Source of the DNA: Candidatus Aminicenantes bacterium
GTDB lineage: Bacteria; Acidobacteriota; Aminicenantia; Aminicenantales; JAFGBC01
Reading direction: 5' to 3'
Length of the DNA: 64,000 nt
Assembly: GCA_963702005.1 (NCBI GenBank)
Contig: OY969696.1
Location: forward strand, 2,368,001-2,432,000
The notes below the pieces were generated by a model. The model was not told where the DNA came from. It did no database searches and worked only from the letters and a program-made list of their open reading frames with translations. Both the position numbers and the translations under genes were made by a program. The first letter of the stretch is position 1, and each line of letters starts with the position of its first letter. This document shows, one piece after another, positions 45,710-53,865 of the stretch.

Positions 45710-48145
45710 TCAGGAATCCTTCTCGGGGCCGGGCGGAAACGGCTTCAGGCTCTGGGCCAGGCGCTGGAGCTCCTTTTCGACGAGGCCGTGGACGGTTCCC
45801 TCCCCGAAGCTCCCGTCCTCCCCCCTGGCTCCGGCCGCGACGCCGGTCAGGATCTCGATGCCCTCGTCGACCGTCTTGACCGGATAGATGTGGAATTTCC
45901 CGCCGGCGACGGCCTCGACGACGTCGCTCCGGAGCTGGAGGTTGAGGATGTTCTGGTGGGGGATGATGACGCCCTGGCTCCCGGTCAATCCCTTGGCCCG
46001 GCAGACGTCGAAGAAGCCCTCGATCTTTTCGTTGACGCCGCCGATGGGCTGGATCTCGCCCTTCTGGTTCAAGGAGCCGGTGACGGCCGTGTCCTGCCGG
46101 ATGGGGAGTCCGGACAGGCTGGAAAGGACGGCGTAGACTTCGGTCGAGGAGGCGCTGTCGCCGTCGACGCCCCCGTAGGACTGCTCGAAGGCGAGGCTGG
46201 CCGTGAGCGAAAAGGGCTGTTTCTGGGCGTATTGGCCGCGCAGGTAGCCGCCCAGGATGAGCACGCCTTTGTTGTGGGTCGGACCGCTGAGGTCCGCCTC
46301 CCGCTCGATGTTGACGACGCCGGCCCGGCCCACGGCCGTCCGGGCCGTGATCCGGGTCGGCTTGCCGAAGGCGAACTGGCCCATATCGTAGACGGAGAGC
46401 CCGTTGACCTGGCCGACGACCGAACCCTCGGTGTCGATGAGGATGGTCCCTTCCTCGATCATCTCCTGGATTTTATCCTCGATCAGGCTGACCCGCTCGA
46501 ACCGTTCGGAGATGGCCTGCTCGACGTCGAGCCGGCCGACGATGTCGTGGCCGGCCCGGCGGGCCCAGTAGGCGGCCTCCCGGATGACGTCGGAGATGAC
46601 GTGAAAACGGGTCGAGACCTTTCCCTGGCGGCCGGCGATCCGCGTCCCGTACTCGATGACGGCCGCGATCCCCTCCCGGCTGAAAGGCCGGAGCCCGTCC
46701 ATGTCGACGATCTTCTTGATGAACCGGACGTAGTCCGAGATGGATTTGGCGTCTTTGGGTATCTCCGAGTCGAACTCGGCCTTGATCTTGAAGATCTTCT
46801 TGAAGTCGTCGTCGAGGGCGTAGAGGAGGTTATAGATGGAGCTGTCGCCGATCATGACGACCTTGACGTCGACCTTGACGGGCTCGGGCTTGAGGCGGGC
46901 CGATGAAAAGAGATACAGGGAAGCGAAGTTCTGGATCTCGAAAATCTGGTTGCGCATGGTCCGCTTGAGGGTCGCCCAGACGCCGGGCTCGACAAGAGCG
47001 TCGAGGGCGTTGAGGACGAGGTAGCCGCCGTTGGCCTTGAGGAAGGACCCGGCCTTGATCCGGGTGAAGTCGGTTTGGAGAAGGCCCATCCGGGTCGTGA
47101 CGAATTCGATCGAGCCGAACAGGTTCGGATAGTTCGGGTTCGTCTCCATGATGACCGGGGCCGCCTTGAGCTCGGCGTTGTCGACGAGGAGGTTGACCCC
47201 GTACTCGAGGAAGCGCTCGGCGGCCGGCTCCCGTTCGGGCTCGTCCTTGTCCTTTTTCTGATTTTTGAACAGGTCGATGGCCCGGACCAGGTTGCCCTCG
47301 ACGTCCGAGAGATAATCCCCGACCTTGGGGAAGGCGAACCGCGAGCGCAGCTCGCCTACGGCGCCCTTGATGATGGGCGTGATCGATTCTTCGTCCCAGG
47401 ACCGGAGCAGACGGCGAGTCTCCTCGTCCATCTCGCGGAGATCCTCGAAGACGTGCTCCATTTCCCCCGACAAGTCTTCGTATTTCTTGTGGAGTTCATC
47501 CAGGTCCTTCTGGGCGAACTTTTTCTCCTTGACCAGGGCCTCAAGCTTGGGGAAGGGGACGGGCTCGTCGCCCAGGACGGGGACGAGCTCGGGCCGGCTG
47601 AAGAAGCCCATCTGGACCTGGATGAGCGTGAAGCCCTGCTGGGCGGCTTTGTCCTCGAAGGCCTTGAGGAGGTCCTTCTGTTTCCGCTGCTGGGTTTCGA
47701 TGATCCGGTCCCGGCCTTCCGTATAATACTGGCTCTTGAGGAGTTGGGGGATATGCCTCCCGAGCATGGCGATGAGGTTGCCCATCCCCTGGCGGAACAG
47801 ACGCCCCTGACCGGCCGGCAGCATGATCAGGGTCGGCTCGTCGGGAGTTTTAAAGTTGTTGACGTAGAGGATGTCGTCCGGGATGACGGACGTTTTTTCC
47901 AGCTGCTCGAGGAGCGACTTGATCGTCGTCGTCCGGCCCGTACCGATCATGCCGGTGATGAAGATATTGTAACCCCGGCTCTTGATGTCCAAGCCGGTCT
48001 GGATGGCCTTGAGGGCCCGTTCCTGGCCGATGATCTCGTCGCAGGCCTTGACCTCTTCGCTCGTGGCGAAGGGGACGGCGTCCGGAGGGCAGGACCACCT
48101 GATCTGGTCGGGGCCGAGCTCTGGAAACCCAGTCTTGGCTGTCAT
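45710..48145 (-). CDS. LonC-like (AAA_32 + Lon_C) protease
   Basis: IIGQERA, GTGRTT, ANGGYL, GQVNGL, catalytic DGDSAS and GGVNEKIEG. Confidence 0.9.
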   Translation of the reverse strand: MTAKTGFPELGPDQIRWSCPPDAVPFATSEEVKACDEIIGQERALKAIQTGLDIKSRGYNIFITGMIGTGRTTTIKSLLEQLEKTSVIPDDILYVNNFKTPDEPTLIMLPAGQGRLFRQGMGNLIAMLGRHIPQLLKSQYYTEGRDRIIETQQRKQKDLLKAFEDKAAQQGFTLIQVQMGFFSRPELVPVLGDEPVPFPKLEALVKEKKFAQKDLDELHKKYEDLSGEMEHVFEDLREMDEETRRLLRSWDEESITPIIKGAVGELRSRFAFPKVGDYLSDVEGNLVRAIDLFKNQKKDKDEPEREPAAERFLEYGVNLLVDNAELKAAPVIMETNPNYPNLFGSIEFVTTRMGLLQTDFTRIKAGSFLKANGGYLVLNALDALVEPGVWATLKRTMRNQIFEIQNFASLYLFSSARLKPEPVKVDVKVVMIGDSSIYNLLYALDDDFKKIFKIKAEFDSEIPKDAKSISDYVRFIKKIVDMDGLRPFSREGIAAVIEYGTRIAGRQGKVSTRFHVISDVIREAAYWARRAGHDIVGRLDVEQAISERFERVSLIEDKIQEMIEEGTILIDTEGSVVGQVNGLSVYDMGQFAFGKPTRITARTAVGRAGVVNIEREADLSGPTHNKGVLILGGYLRGQYAQKQPFSLTASLAFEQSYGGVDGDSASSTEVYAVLSSLSGLPIRQDTAVTGSLNQKGEIQPIGGVNEKIEGFFDVCRAKGLTGSQGVIIPHQNILNLQLRSDVVEAVAGGKFHIYPVKTVDEGIEILTGVAAGARGEDGSFGEGTVHGLVEKELQRLAQSLKPFPPGPEKDS

Positions 48146-48289
48146 GGACGGCTCCTTCGTTTGAGATGTCGCGGAACGCATTTTATTTTACCATAAAAGC
48201 CTTCGGCGCCGTCGGCCCCGGCCTCGAAAATTTCGTGCAAATGGGGCCCCGTTCTGATAAAATGACCCTGATTTTGGAGGGTATAAGGC

Positions 48290-49411
48290 ATGGCTAGGCT
48301 CGAGGTCGAGAAGGTTGTCGCCGGGAAAGACCTCAAGGCGTTCATCCGTTTCCCTTGGGAGATCTACCGGGGCGACCCCAACTGGGTTCCGCCGCTCATC
48401 GCGGACATGAAGGAGAGGCTCGACCCGGCCCGGAATCCCTTCCTCGAGCATGCCGAGATGGATATCTTCCTGGCCCGGCGCGACGGCCGCGTCGTGGGCC
48501 GGATCGCGGCCATTCTCGACAGGAACCACAACTCGTTCCACGACGAGAAAATCGCTTTCTTCGGCCTTTACGAAAGCCTCAACGATCCGGAGGTCGCGGC
48601 CGCCCTCCTCGATACGGTCGGCGCCTGGGGGAAGGAGCGGGGGATGACGATCCTGCGCGGTCCGATGAACCTGTCCATGAACGACGAATGCGCCTTTCTC
48701 CTCGAGGGGTTCGATTCGCCGCCCGTCATCATGATGACCTACAATCCCCCCTACTACCTCGAGCTCATGGCCGGCGTCGGCCTGGTCAAGGCCAAGGACC
48801 TCTACGCCTTCGTCATGAGCCGCGACCACGAGACGGCAGGGAAGGTCGCGGCCGTCGTCGAAAGAGCCAAGAAGGAGTTTCCGGTCACGCTGCGGACGGT
48901 CGACCTCAAGAACGTCCGGGCCGAGGCCGATAAGATCGCTTTCATCTATAACAACGGCTGGCAGAAGAACTGGGGCTTCGTTCCCTGGACCGAGAACGAG
49001 ATGAAGCACATGGTCGGCAAGCTCAAGAGCCTGGCAGACCCCGAGCTCGTCATTTTCGCCGAGATCGAGGGGAAGCCGGTCGGGTTCGCCTTCGCCCTGC
49101 CCAACTACAACGAAGTCCTCCGCAAGATGAACGGCCGTCTGTTTCCGGTCGGCTGGCTCGTCTTTCTCCTCAACCGAAAAAAAATCAAGGGTATGCGGGC
49201 CGTCGTCTTCGGCATCGTCAAGGAGCACCACCGTTCCGGGCTCAGCTACCTTCTTTATTCCGAGCTCGAGCGGAACGCCGTGCGGAGGGGCTACGCCTGG
49301 GGGGAGCTGTCCTGGCAGCTCGAGGACAACGACGCCATCAATCGTTTCGCGGCCTCGATCGGCGCGAAAATCTATAAACGTTACAGGATCTTGCAAAGAC
49401 TCATCCCCTGA
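48290..49411 (+). CDS. tandem-GNAT acyltransferase, bacterial ceramide synthase (bCerS/YghO-like)
   Basis: IYRGDPNWVPPL, NPF, GRIAA, FFG..E..ND, GPMN, L.EGF..PP..MM.YNPPYY, NWGFVP and SW.LEDN. Confidence 0.75.
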   Translation: MARLEVEKVVAGKDLKAFIRFPWEIYRGDPNWVPPLIADMKERLDPARNPFLEHAEMDIFLARRDGRVVGRIAAILDRNHNSFHDEKIAFFGLYESLNDPEVAAALLDTVGAWGKERGMTILRGPMNLSMNDECAFLLEGFDSPPVIMMTYNPPYYLELMAGVGLVKAKDLYAFVMSRDHETAGKVAAVVERAKKEFPVTLRTVDLKNVRAEADKIAFIYNNGWQKNWGFVPWTENEMKHMVGKLKSLADPELVIFAEIEGKPVGFAFALPNYNEVLRKMNGRLFPVGWLVFLLNRKKIKGMRAVVFGIVKEHHRSGLSYLLYSELERNAVRRGYAWGELSWQLEDNDAINRFAASIGAKIYKRYRILQRLIP

Positions 49412-49423
49412 GGAGGGACGCGC

Positions 49424-49894
49424 ATGGAAATGCATGAAGGTAAACTCCAGGTCAAAGGGTATAAGGTCGGGATCGTCCTGAGCCGTTTCAACCAGTTCCT
49501 GTCGGAGCGGCTCCTCGAGGGAGCCCTCGACGCGCTCCGCAAGCTGGGGGCGGACGATAAGGACATCAGCATCTACAAGGTTCCCGGTTCCTTCGAGGTT
49601 CCCCTCCTGGCCAAGAAACTTGCCAAGGCCAAGAAGGCCGACGGGATCGTCTGTCTGGGTGTCCTGATCAGAGGCGATACGCCCCATTTCGACTTCCTGA
49701 GCGCCGAGGTGACCAAGGGCTTGGCCCAGGTCGCTCTGGACGAAGGCGTCCCCGTCGCCTTCGGCATGCTGACCGTCGACACGATCGAGCAGGGGATCGA
49801 GCGGGCCGGCACCAAATCCGGGAACAAAGGCTGGGACGCCGTCCTGGCTTTGGCCGAGACGCTCAACCTCCTCCAGGAGGCCGGCCTCCGCTGA
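49424..49894 (+). CDS. ribH: 6,7-dimethyl-8-ribityllumazine synthase
   Basis: SRFN, VPGSFEVP, G.LIRG.TPHF and RAG.K.GNKG. Confidence 0.95.
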   Translation: MEMHEGKLQVKGYKVGIVLSRFNQFLSERLLEGALDALRKLGADDKDISIYKVPGSFEVPLLAKKLAKAKKADGIVCLGVLIRGDTPHFDFLSAEVTKGLAQVALDEGVPVAFGMLTVDTIEQGIERAGTKSGNKGWDAVLALAETLNLLQEAGLR

Positions 49895-49918
49895 GCGACC
49901 GGAGGGGAGCCCACAGCC

Positions 49919-50431
49919 ATGGGGAAGAGGCGGGAGGCCCGGGAGTGCGCCCTCCAGGTCCTGTTCCAGCTCGAGTTCGACATCTCCGACGTCGAACGGA
50001 GCCTCCGCGAATACTGGACGGGCAAGAAGCCCAAGGACGACGTCCGCAAGTACGCGAGCTGGCTCGTCCACGGCATCCTGGCCCGGAAAACGGACGTCGA
50101 CGGCCTCATCAGGGACACGTCCCAACACTGGCGCATGGAGCGGATGGGCCTGGTCGACCGGAACATCCTCCGCATGGCCGTCTACGAGCTCCTCGAGGAG
50201 AAGGTCCTGGCCCCGCCGATCATCATCAACGAGGCCATCGAGATCGCTAAAAAGTACAGCGACGAAAAGTCGGCGACATTCATTAACGGACTCCTGGACG
50301 CGATCCGTAAGAAGCTCGAGACCCGTCCGCCCCGGACCGGCAAAGACAAAGAAGGCCAACATGGACCCAAAAAAAGAACCCGAGGAGCAAGTCGGCGATC
50401 AGGAGCAGGCTCGGCGGGACAATCTCGCTGA
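49919..50431 (+). CDS. nusB: transcription antitermination factor NusB
   Basis: RREARE.ALQ.LFQ, W...R...VDRNILR, INEAIE.AK.Y and FING.LD; follows ribH. Confidence 0.93.
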   Translation: MGKRREARECALQVLFQLEFDISDVERSLREYWTGKKPKDDVRKYASWLVHGILARKTDVDGLIRDTSQHWRMERMGLVDRNILRMAVYELLEEKVLAPPIIINEAIEIAKKYSDEKSATFINGLLDAIRKKLETRPPRTGKDKEGQHGPKKRTRGASRRSGAGSAGQSR

Positions 50432-51860
50432 GCTTCTCCGCCAGGGCGTCGACCTGTTTCCCCGCAAGGCCGATTGGACCCAGACCGTTTCCGCGGTCGT
50501 CGCCCGCTACGGGAACGTTCCCGGACCCGACCTCGAGAGCGGGGCCGACGAGGTTCGCGTCCCGGGACGCATCCTCTCCGTCCGCCAGATGGGCAAAGCG
50601 ACCTTCTTCCACATCTCGGACAGCGCCGCCCGGCTCCAGGTCTATATCCGGGCCGATGTCATGGGACCCGATAACTACAAGCGATTCGGCCTGTTCGACA
50701 TCGGCGACATCATCCTGGCCGTCGGCAAGCTCTTCAAGACCAGGACCGGCGAGCTGACCGTCCTGGCTTCCGAAGTCGTCTTCCTGGCCAAATCCCTCCA
50801 CCCGCTTCCCGAGAAATGGCACGGCCTCCAGGACGTCGAGCTTCGCTACCGGAAGCGCTACCTGGACCTGATCGTGAACCCCGAGACCCACCGCGTCTTC
50901 CGCTTGAGAAGCGACGTCATATCCGCCATCCGACATTTCTTCGACGAACGCGGCTACGTCGAGGTCGAAACCCCGATGATGCATGCCATCCCGGGAGGGG
51001 CCCTGGCCCGGCCCTTCCGGACCCACCATAACGCGCTCGACATGGATCTCTACCTCCGAGTGGCTCCCGAGCTTTATCTGAAGAGGCTGGTCGTCGGCGG
51101 GCTCGAGCGCGTTTACGAGATCAACCGGAATTTCAGGAACGAGGGGATCTCTTCCGAGCACAACCCCGAGTTCACCATGCTCGAGTTCTACGAAGCCTAC
51201 AGCGACTACCATGCGATGATGGAGCTGACCGAGGAGCTCCTTTCTCAGCTCAGCCTCAAGCTCTTAGGGAAGGATGAGATACCCTTCGGCGAACAGACCA
51301 TCGCGCTCAAACGACCCTGGCGGAGGATAAAATACAAGGATGCGCTCGTCCAGTACAGCGGCCTGCCCCCCGCCAAGCTCGAGGACAGGGCCGGCCTGGT
51401 CGCCTTCGCCGCCAAGCTGGCCCCGGACAAGACTCCGTTGTCCTACGGCAAGGCCCTCGATGTCCTCTTCGACAGGTTCGTCAAGCACAACCTCGTCCAG
51501 CCGACCTTTGTCGTCAACCCGCCCCGGGAAATCTCTCCCCTGGCCAAGGCCTCCCGGGACAATCCCGATGAGGCCGAGCGCTTCGAGCTTATCGTGGCCG
51601 GGATGGAAATCGCCAACGCCTTCTCGGAGCTGACCGATCCCGCCGAGCAGCGGGCCCGCTTCGAGCAGCAGTTCGAGGAGAAGAAGCGGGGGGACGAGGA
51701 AGCCCATGTCATCGACGATGATTACGTCCAAGCCTTGGAGTACGGCCTTCCGCCGACCGGGGGAGAGGGGATCGGGATCGACCGCCTGGTGATGCTCCTG
51801 GCCGATAAGAAATCGATCCGGGAGGTTATCCTCTTCCCGCTCCTCCGGCCCAGGGAGTGA
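50361..51860 (+). CDS. lysS: lysyl-tRNA synthetase (class II)
   Basis: MGKATF, RYRKRYLDL, LRVAPELYLKRL, FRNEG...HNPEF and GIGIDRL. Confidence 0.96.
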   Translation: MDPKKEPEEQVGDQEQARRDNLAELLRQGVDLFPRKADWTQTVSAVVARYGNVPGPDLESGADEVRVPGRILSVRQMGKATFFHISDSAARLQVYIRADVMGPDNYKRFGLFDIGDIILAVGKLFKTRTGELTVLASEVVFLAKSLHPLPEKWHGLQDVELRYRKRYLDLIVNPETHRVFRLRSDVISAIRHFFDERGYVEVETPMMHAIPGGALARPFRTHHNALDMDLYLRVAPELYLKRLVVGGLERVYEINRNFRNEGISSEHNPEFTMLEFYEAYSDYHAMMELTEELLSQLSLKLLGKDEIPFGEQTIALKRPWRRIKYKDALVQYSGLPPAKLEDRAGLVAFAAKLAPDKTPLSYGKALDVLFDRFVKHNLVQPTFVVNPPREISPLAKASRDNPDEAERFELIVAGMEIANAFSELTDPAEQRARFEQQFEEKKRGDEEAHVIDDDYVQALEYGLPPTGGEGIGIDRLVMLLADKKSIREVILFPLLRPRE

Positions 51861-51880
51861 AGGACGTTACGGGACATCTC

Positions 51881-53098
51881 ATGCGCTACGAGTGGCTGAT
51901 CGCCCGACGCTACCTGACGGCCAGGCGGAAGCAGGCCTTCATTTCCGTCATCACCGTCATCTCCACGCTCGGGATCGCCATCGGGGTTATGGCTCTCGTC
52001 ATCGCCCTTGCCCTGATCACCGGCTTCCAAGGGGACGTCCAGGATAAAATCCTGGGCGCGACGTCCCATATCATGGTCTCGGACCTCACCGGCGAGGGCC
52101 TTCGGGATTTCCGGTCGCTCGAGGACAACATCCGCAAGGTCCCGGGCGTCCTCTCCGTCACGCCCGTCGTCTACAACACCGTCCTTGTCGCCGGCCCGTC
52201 CCGGAGTACGGGAGGCTATCTGAAGGGGATCGATTTCGAGAGGGAGTCGGCCCAGTCCCCCTGGCTCCTGAGCCTGGAGAAAGGACGCCTGCCCAAGGGC
52301 GGGGAACCGGAGGGGATTCTCCTCGGGCAGGATATGGCCGTCGCCATCGGAGCGAGCGTCGGGGACGTCGTGACGATTCTGACCGCGGCTTCCCGGCTGT
52401 CGCCGATCGGCCTCCTTCCCCGGACGAAACGGTTCACGGTCGCGGGGGTGTTCAAGACGGGGCTGTTCGAGTTCGACTCCTCGACGGCCATCCTGTCGAT
52501 CGGAGCGGCCCAGAAGTTCCTCGGAATGGGGGATAGCATCAGCTACCTTCAGGTCCGCGTCCGGGATATCTTCCGGGCGGCCCGGATCGGGGACGCGATC
52601 GAAGCCCTGAGCCCCGCGGCGGTCTACGTCACGACGTGGATGGAGCTCAACGAGTCCCTGTTTTCCGCCCTCAAGCTCGAAAAAAACATCATGTTCCTGA
52701 CGATCACGCTCATCGTCGTCGTGGCGGCCCTCAATATTATCGCCTCCCTGATCCTGATGGTCATGGAAAAGACGCGGGACATCGGGATCCTGATGGCCTT
52801 GGGTGCGACCCCTCGAGCCATCCGGCGGGTGTTCTTTTTTCAAGGCGCCGTCATCGGAGTCATCGGCACGGCCTGCGGGCTTCTCCTGGGCTTGGTCTGG
52901 TGCGGACTGGCGAACGTCTTCCAGCTCATCAAGGTTCCGGTCGACATCTACCAGATTTCCTATGTCCCGTTCCGGGTCAAGCCCCTGGACCTTCTCCTGA
53001 TCGTCGGCGTCACCTTGGCCATCAGCTTCACGTCGACGTTGTTCCCGTCGCGGCGGGCGGCCCGGATCGATCCCGTCGTCGCGCTCAAATATGAATGA
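51881..53098 (+). CDS. lipoprotein-releasing ABC transporter permease LolC/E
   Basis: IARRYL, GIAIGV.ALV, W...N..LF.AL.LEK and VAALNI..L...V.EK...IGIL. Confidence 0.9.
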   Translation: MRYEWLIARRYLTARRKQAFISVITVISTLGIAIGVMALVIALALITGFQGDVQDKILGATSHIMVSDLTGEGLRDFRSLEDNIRKVPGVLSVTPVVYNTVLVAGPSRSTGGYLKGIDFERESAQSPWLLSLEKGRLPKGGEPEGILLGQDMAVAIGASVGDVVTILTAASRLSPIGLLPRTKRFTVAGVFKTGLFEFDSSTAILSIGAAQKFLGMGDSISYLQVRVRDIFRAARIGDAIEALSPAAVYVTTWMELNESLFSALKLEKNIMFLTITLIVVVAALNIIASLILMVMEKTRDIGILMALGATPRAIRRVFFFQGAVIGVIGTACGLLLGLVWCGLANVFQLIKVPVDIYQISYVPFRVKPLDLLLIVGVTLAISFTSTLFPSRRAARIDPVVALKYE

Positions 53099-53771
53099 CA
53101 TGATCCAAGCCGTCGACCTCGCTAAATCCTACCCGCTCCCCGAAGGGGCCTACCGTGTCTTCAGCGGCCTCAACTTCAATGTAAAACCGGGGGAGATGGT
53201 GGCCATCATGGGAGTCTCGGGAGTGGGAAAGACGACCCTCCTCAATCTCCTGGGCGGCCTGGACCGTCCGACCGAGGGCCGGGTTGTCCTGGACGGGGAC
53301 GACCTGGGGGGAAAGACGATCGAGGAGCTGGCGGCGATCAGGAACGGCAAGGTGGGGTTCGTCTTCCAGTTCTTCCACCTCCTGCCCGAGTTTACGGCCT
53401 TGGAGAACGTGAGCCTGCCGCTTCTCATCAGAGGGATGGACCGGTCCAGGGCCTTTCCCCGCGCGAAGGACCTCCTCCGGGATGTTTCCCTGGAAGAAAA
53501 AGCCGCGATGCGCCCCTCCCAGCTCTCGGGAGGAGAACAACAGAGAGTGTCGCTGGCCCGGGCCTTGGTGGGATCCCCCAAGCTCCTCCTGGCCGACGAG
53601 CCGACCGGGAATTTGGACTGGAAGACGGGAGAAGGAATCCTCGGCCTGATCAGGGATCTCCACGGCCGGATGGGGCTGACCTCGATCCTGGTGACCCATA
53701 ACGAGCGCGTCGCCGACCTCTGCGACCGGCGCCTCCTCATGGAAAAAGGCCGGCTGAAACGCCTGGGCTGA
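53091..53771 (+). CDS. lolD: lipoprotein-releasing ABC transporter ATPase
   Basis: GVSGVGKTT, GFVFQFFHLL, LSGGEQQR and DEPTGNLD. Confidence 0.88.
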   Translation: MNDMIQAVDLAKSYPLPEGAYRVFSGLNFNVKPGEMVAIMGVSGVGKTTLLNLLGGLDRPTEGRVVLDGDDLGGKTIEELAAIRNGKVGFVFQFFHLLPEFTALENVSLPLLIRGMDRSRAFPRAKDLLRDVSLEEKAAMRPSQLSGGEQQRVSLARALVGSPKLLLADEPTGNLDWKTGEGILGLIRDLHGRMGLTSILVTHNERVADLCDRRLLMEKGRLKRLG

Positions 53772-53824
53772 AACCGGCGTTTCAGGTAATGGACGCTTAG
53801 AATTATCCCTTGGGGCGAATCCGC

Positions 53825-53853
53825 TTGGAAAAAAGCGTCCGATATGGTATAAA
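53825..53853 (+). promoter_or_regulatory. internal promoter for bamA
   Basis: TTGGAA-17 nt-TATAAA with extended TG. Confidence 0.55.
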
Positions 53854-53865
53854 AAGGATTTCCAA

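Noticed and set aside
45710-48145. Walker A Lys-to-Arg (GTGRTT) in the Lon-like protease
   Set aside because: Degenerate ATPase motifs are a known feature of LonC-type proteases.
49412-49423. Possible FMN riboswitch before ribH
   Set aside because: The intergenic gap is only 12 nt.
50361-50431. 71-nt nusB/lysS overlap with an A7 run, possible recoding
   Set aside because: Both proteins are complete in their own frames and the NusB tail is low-complexity; no frameshift is needed.
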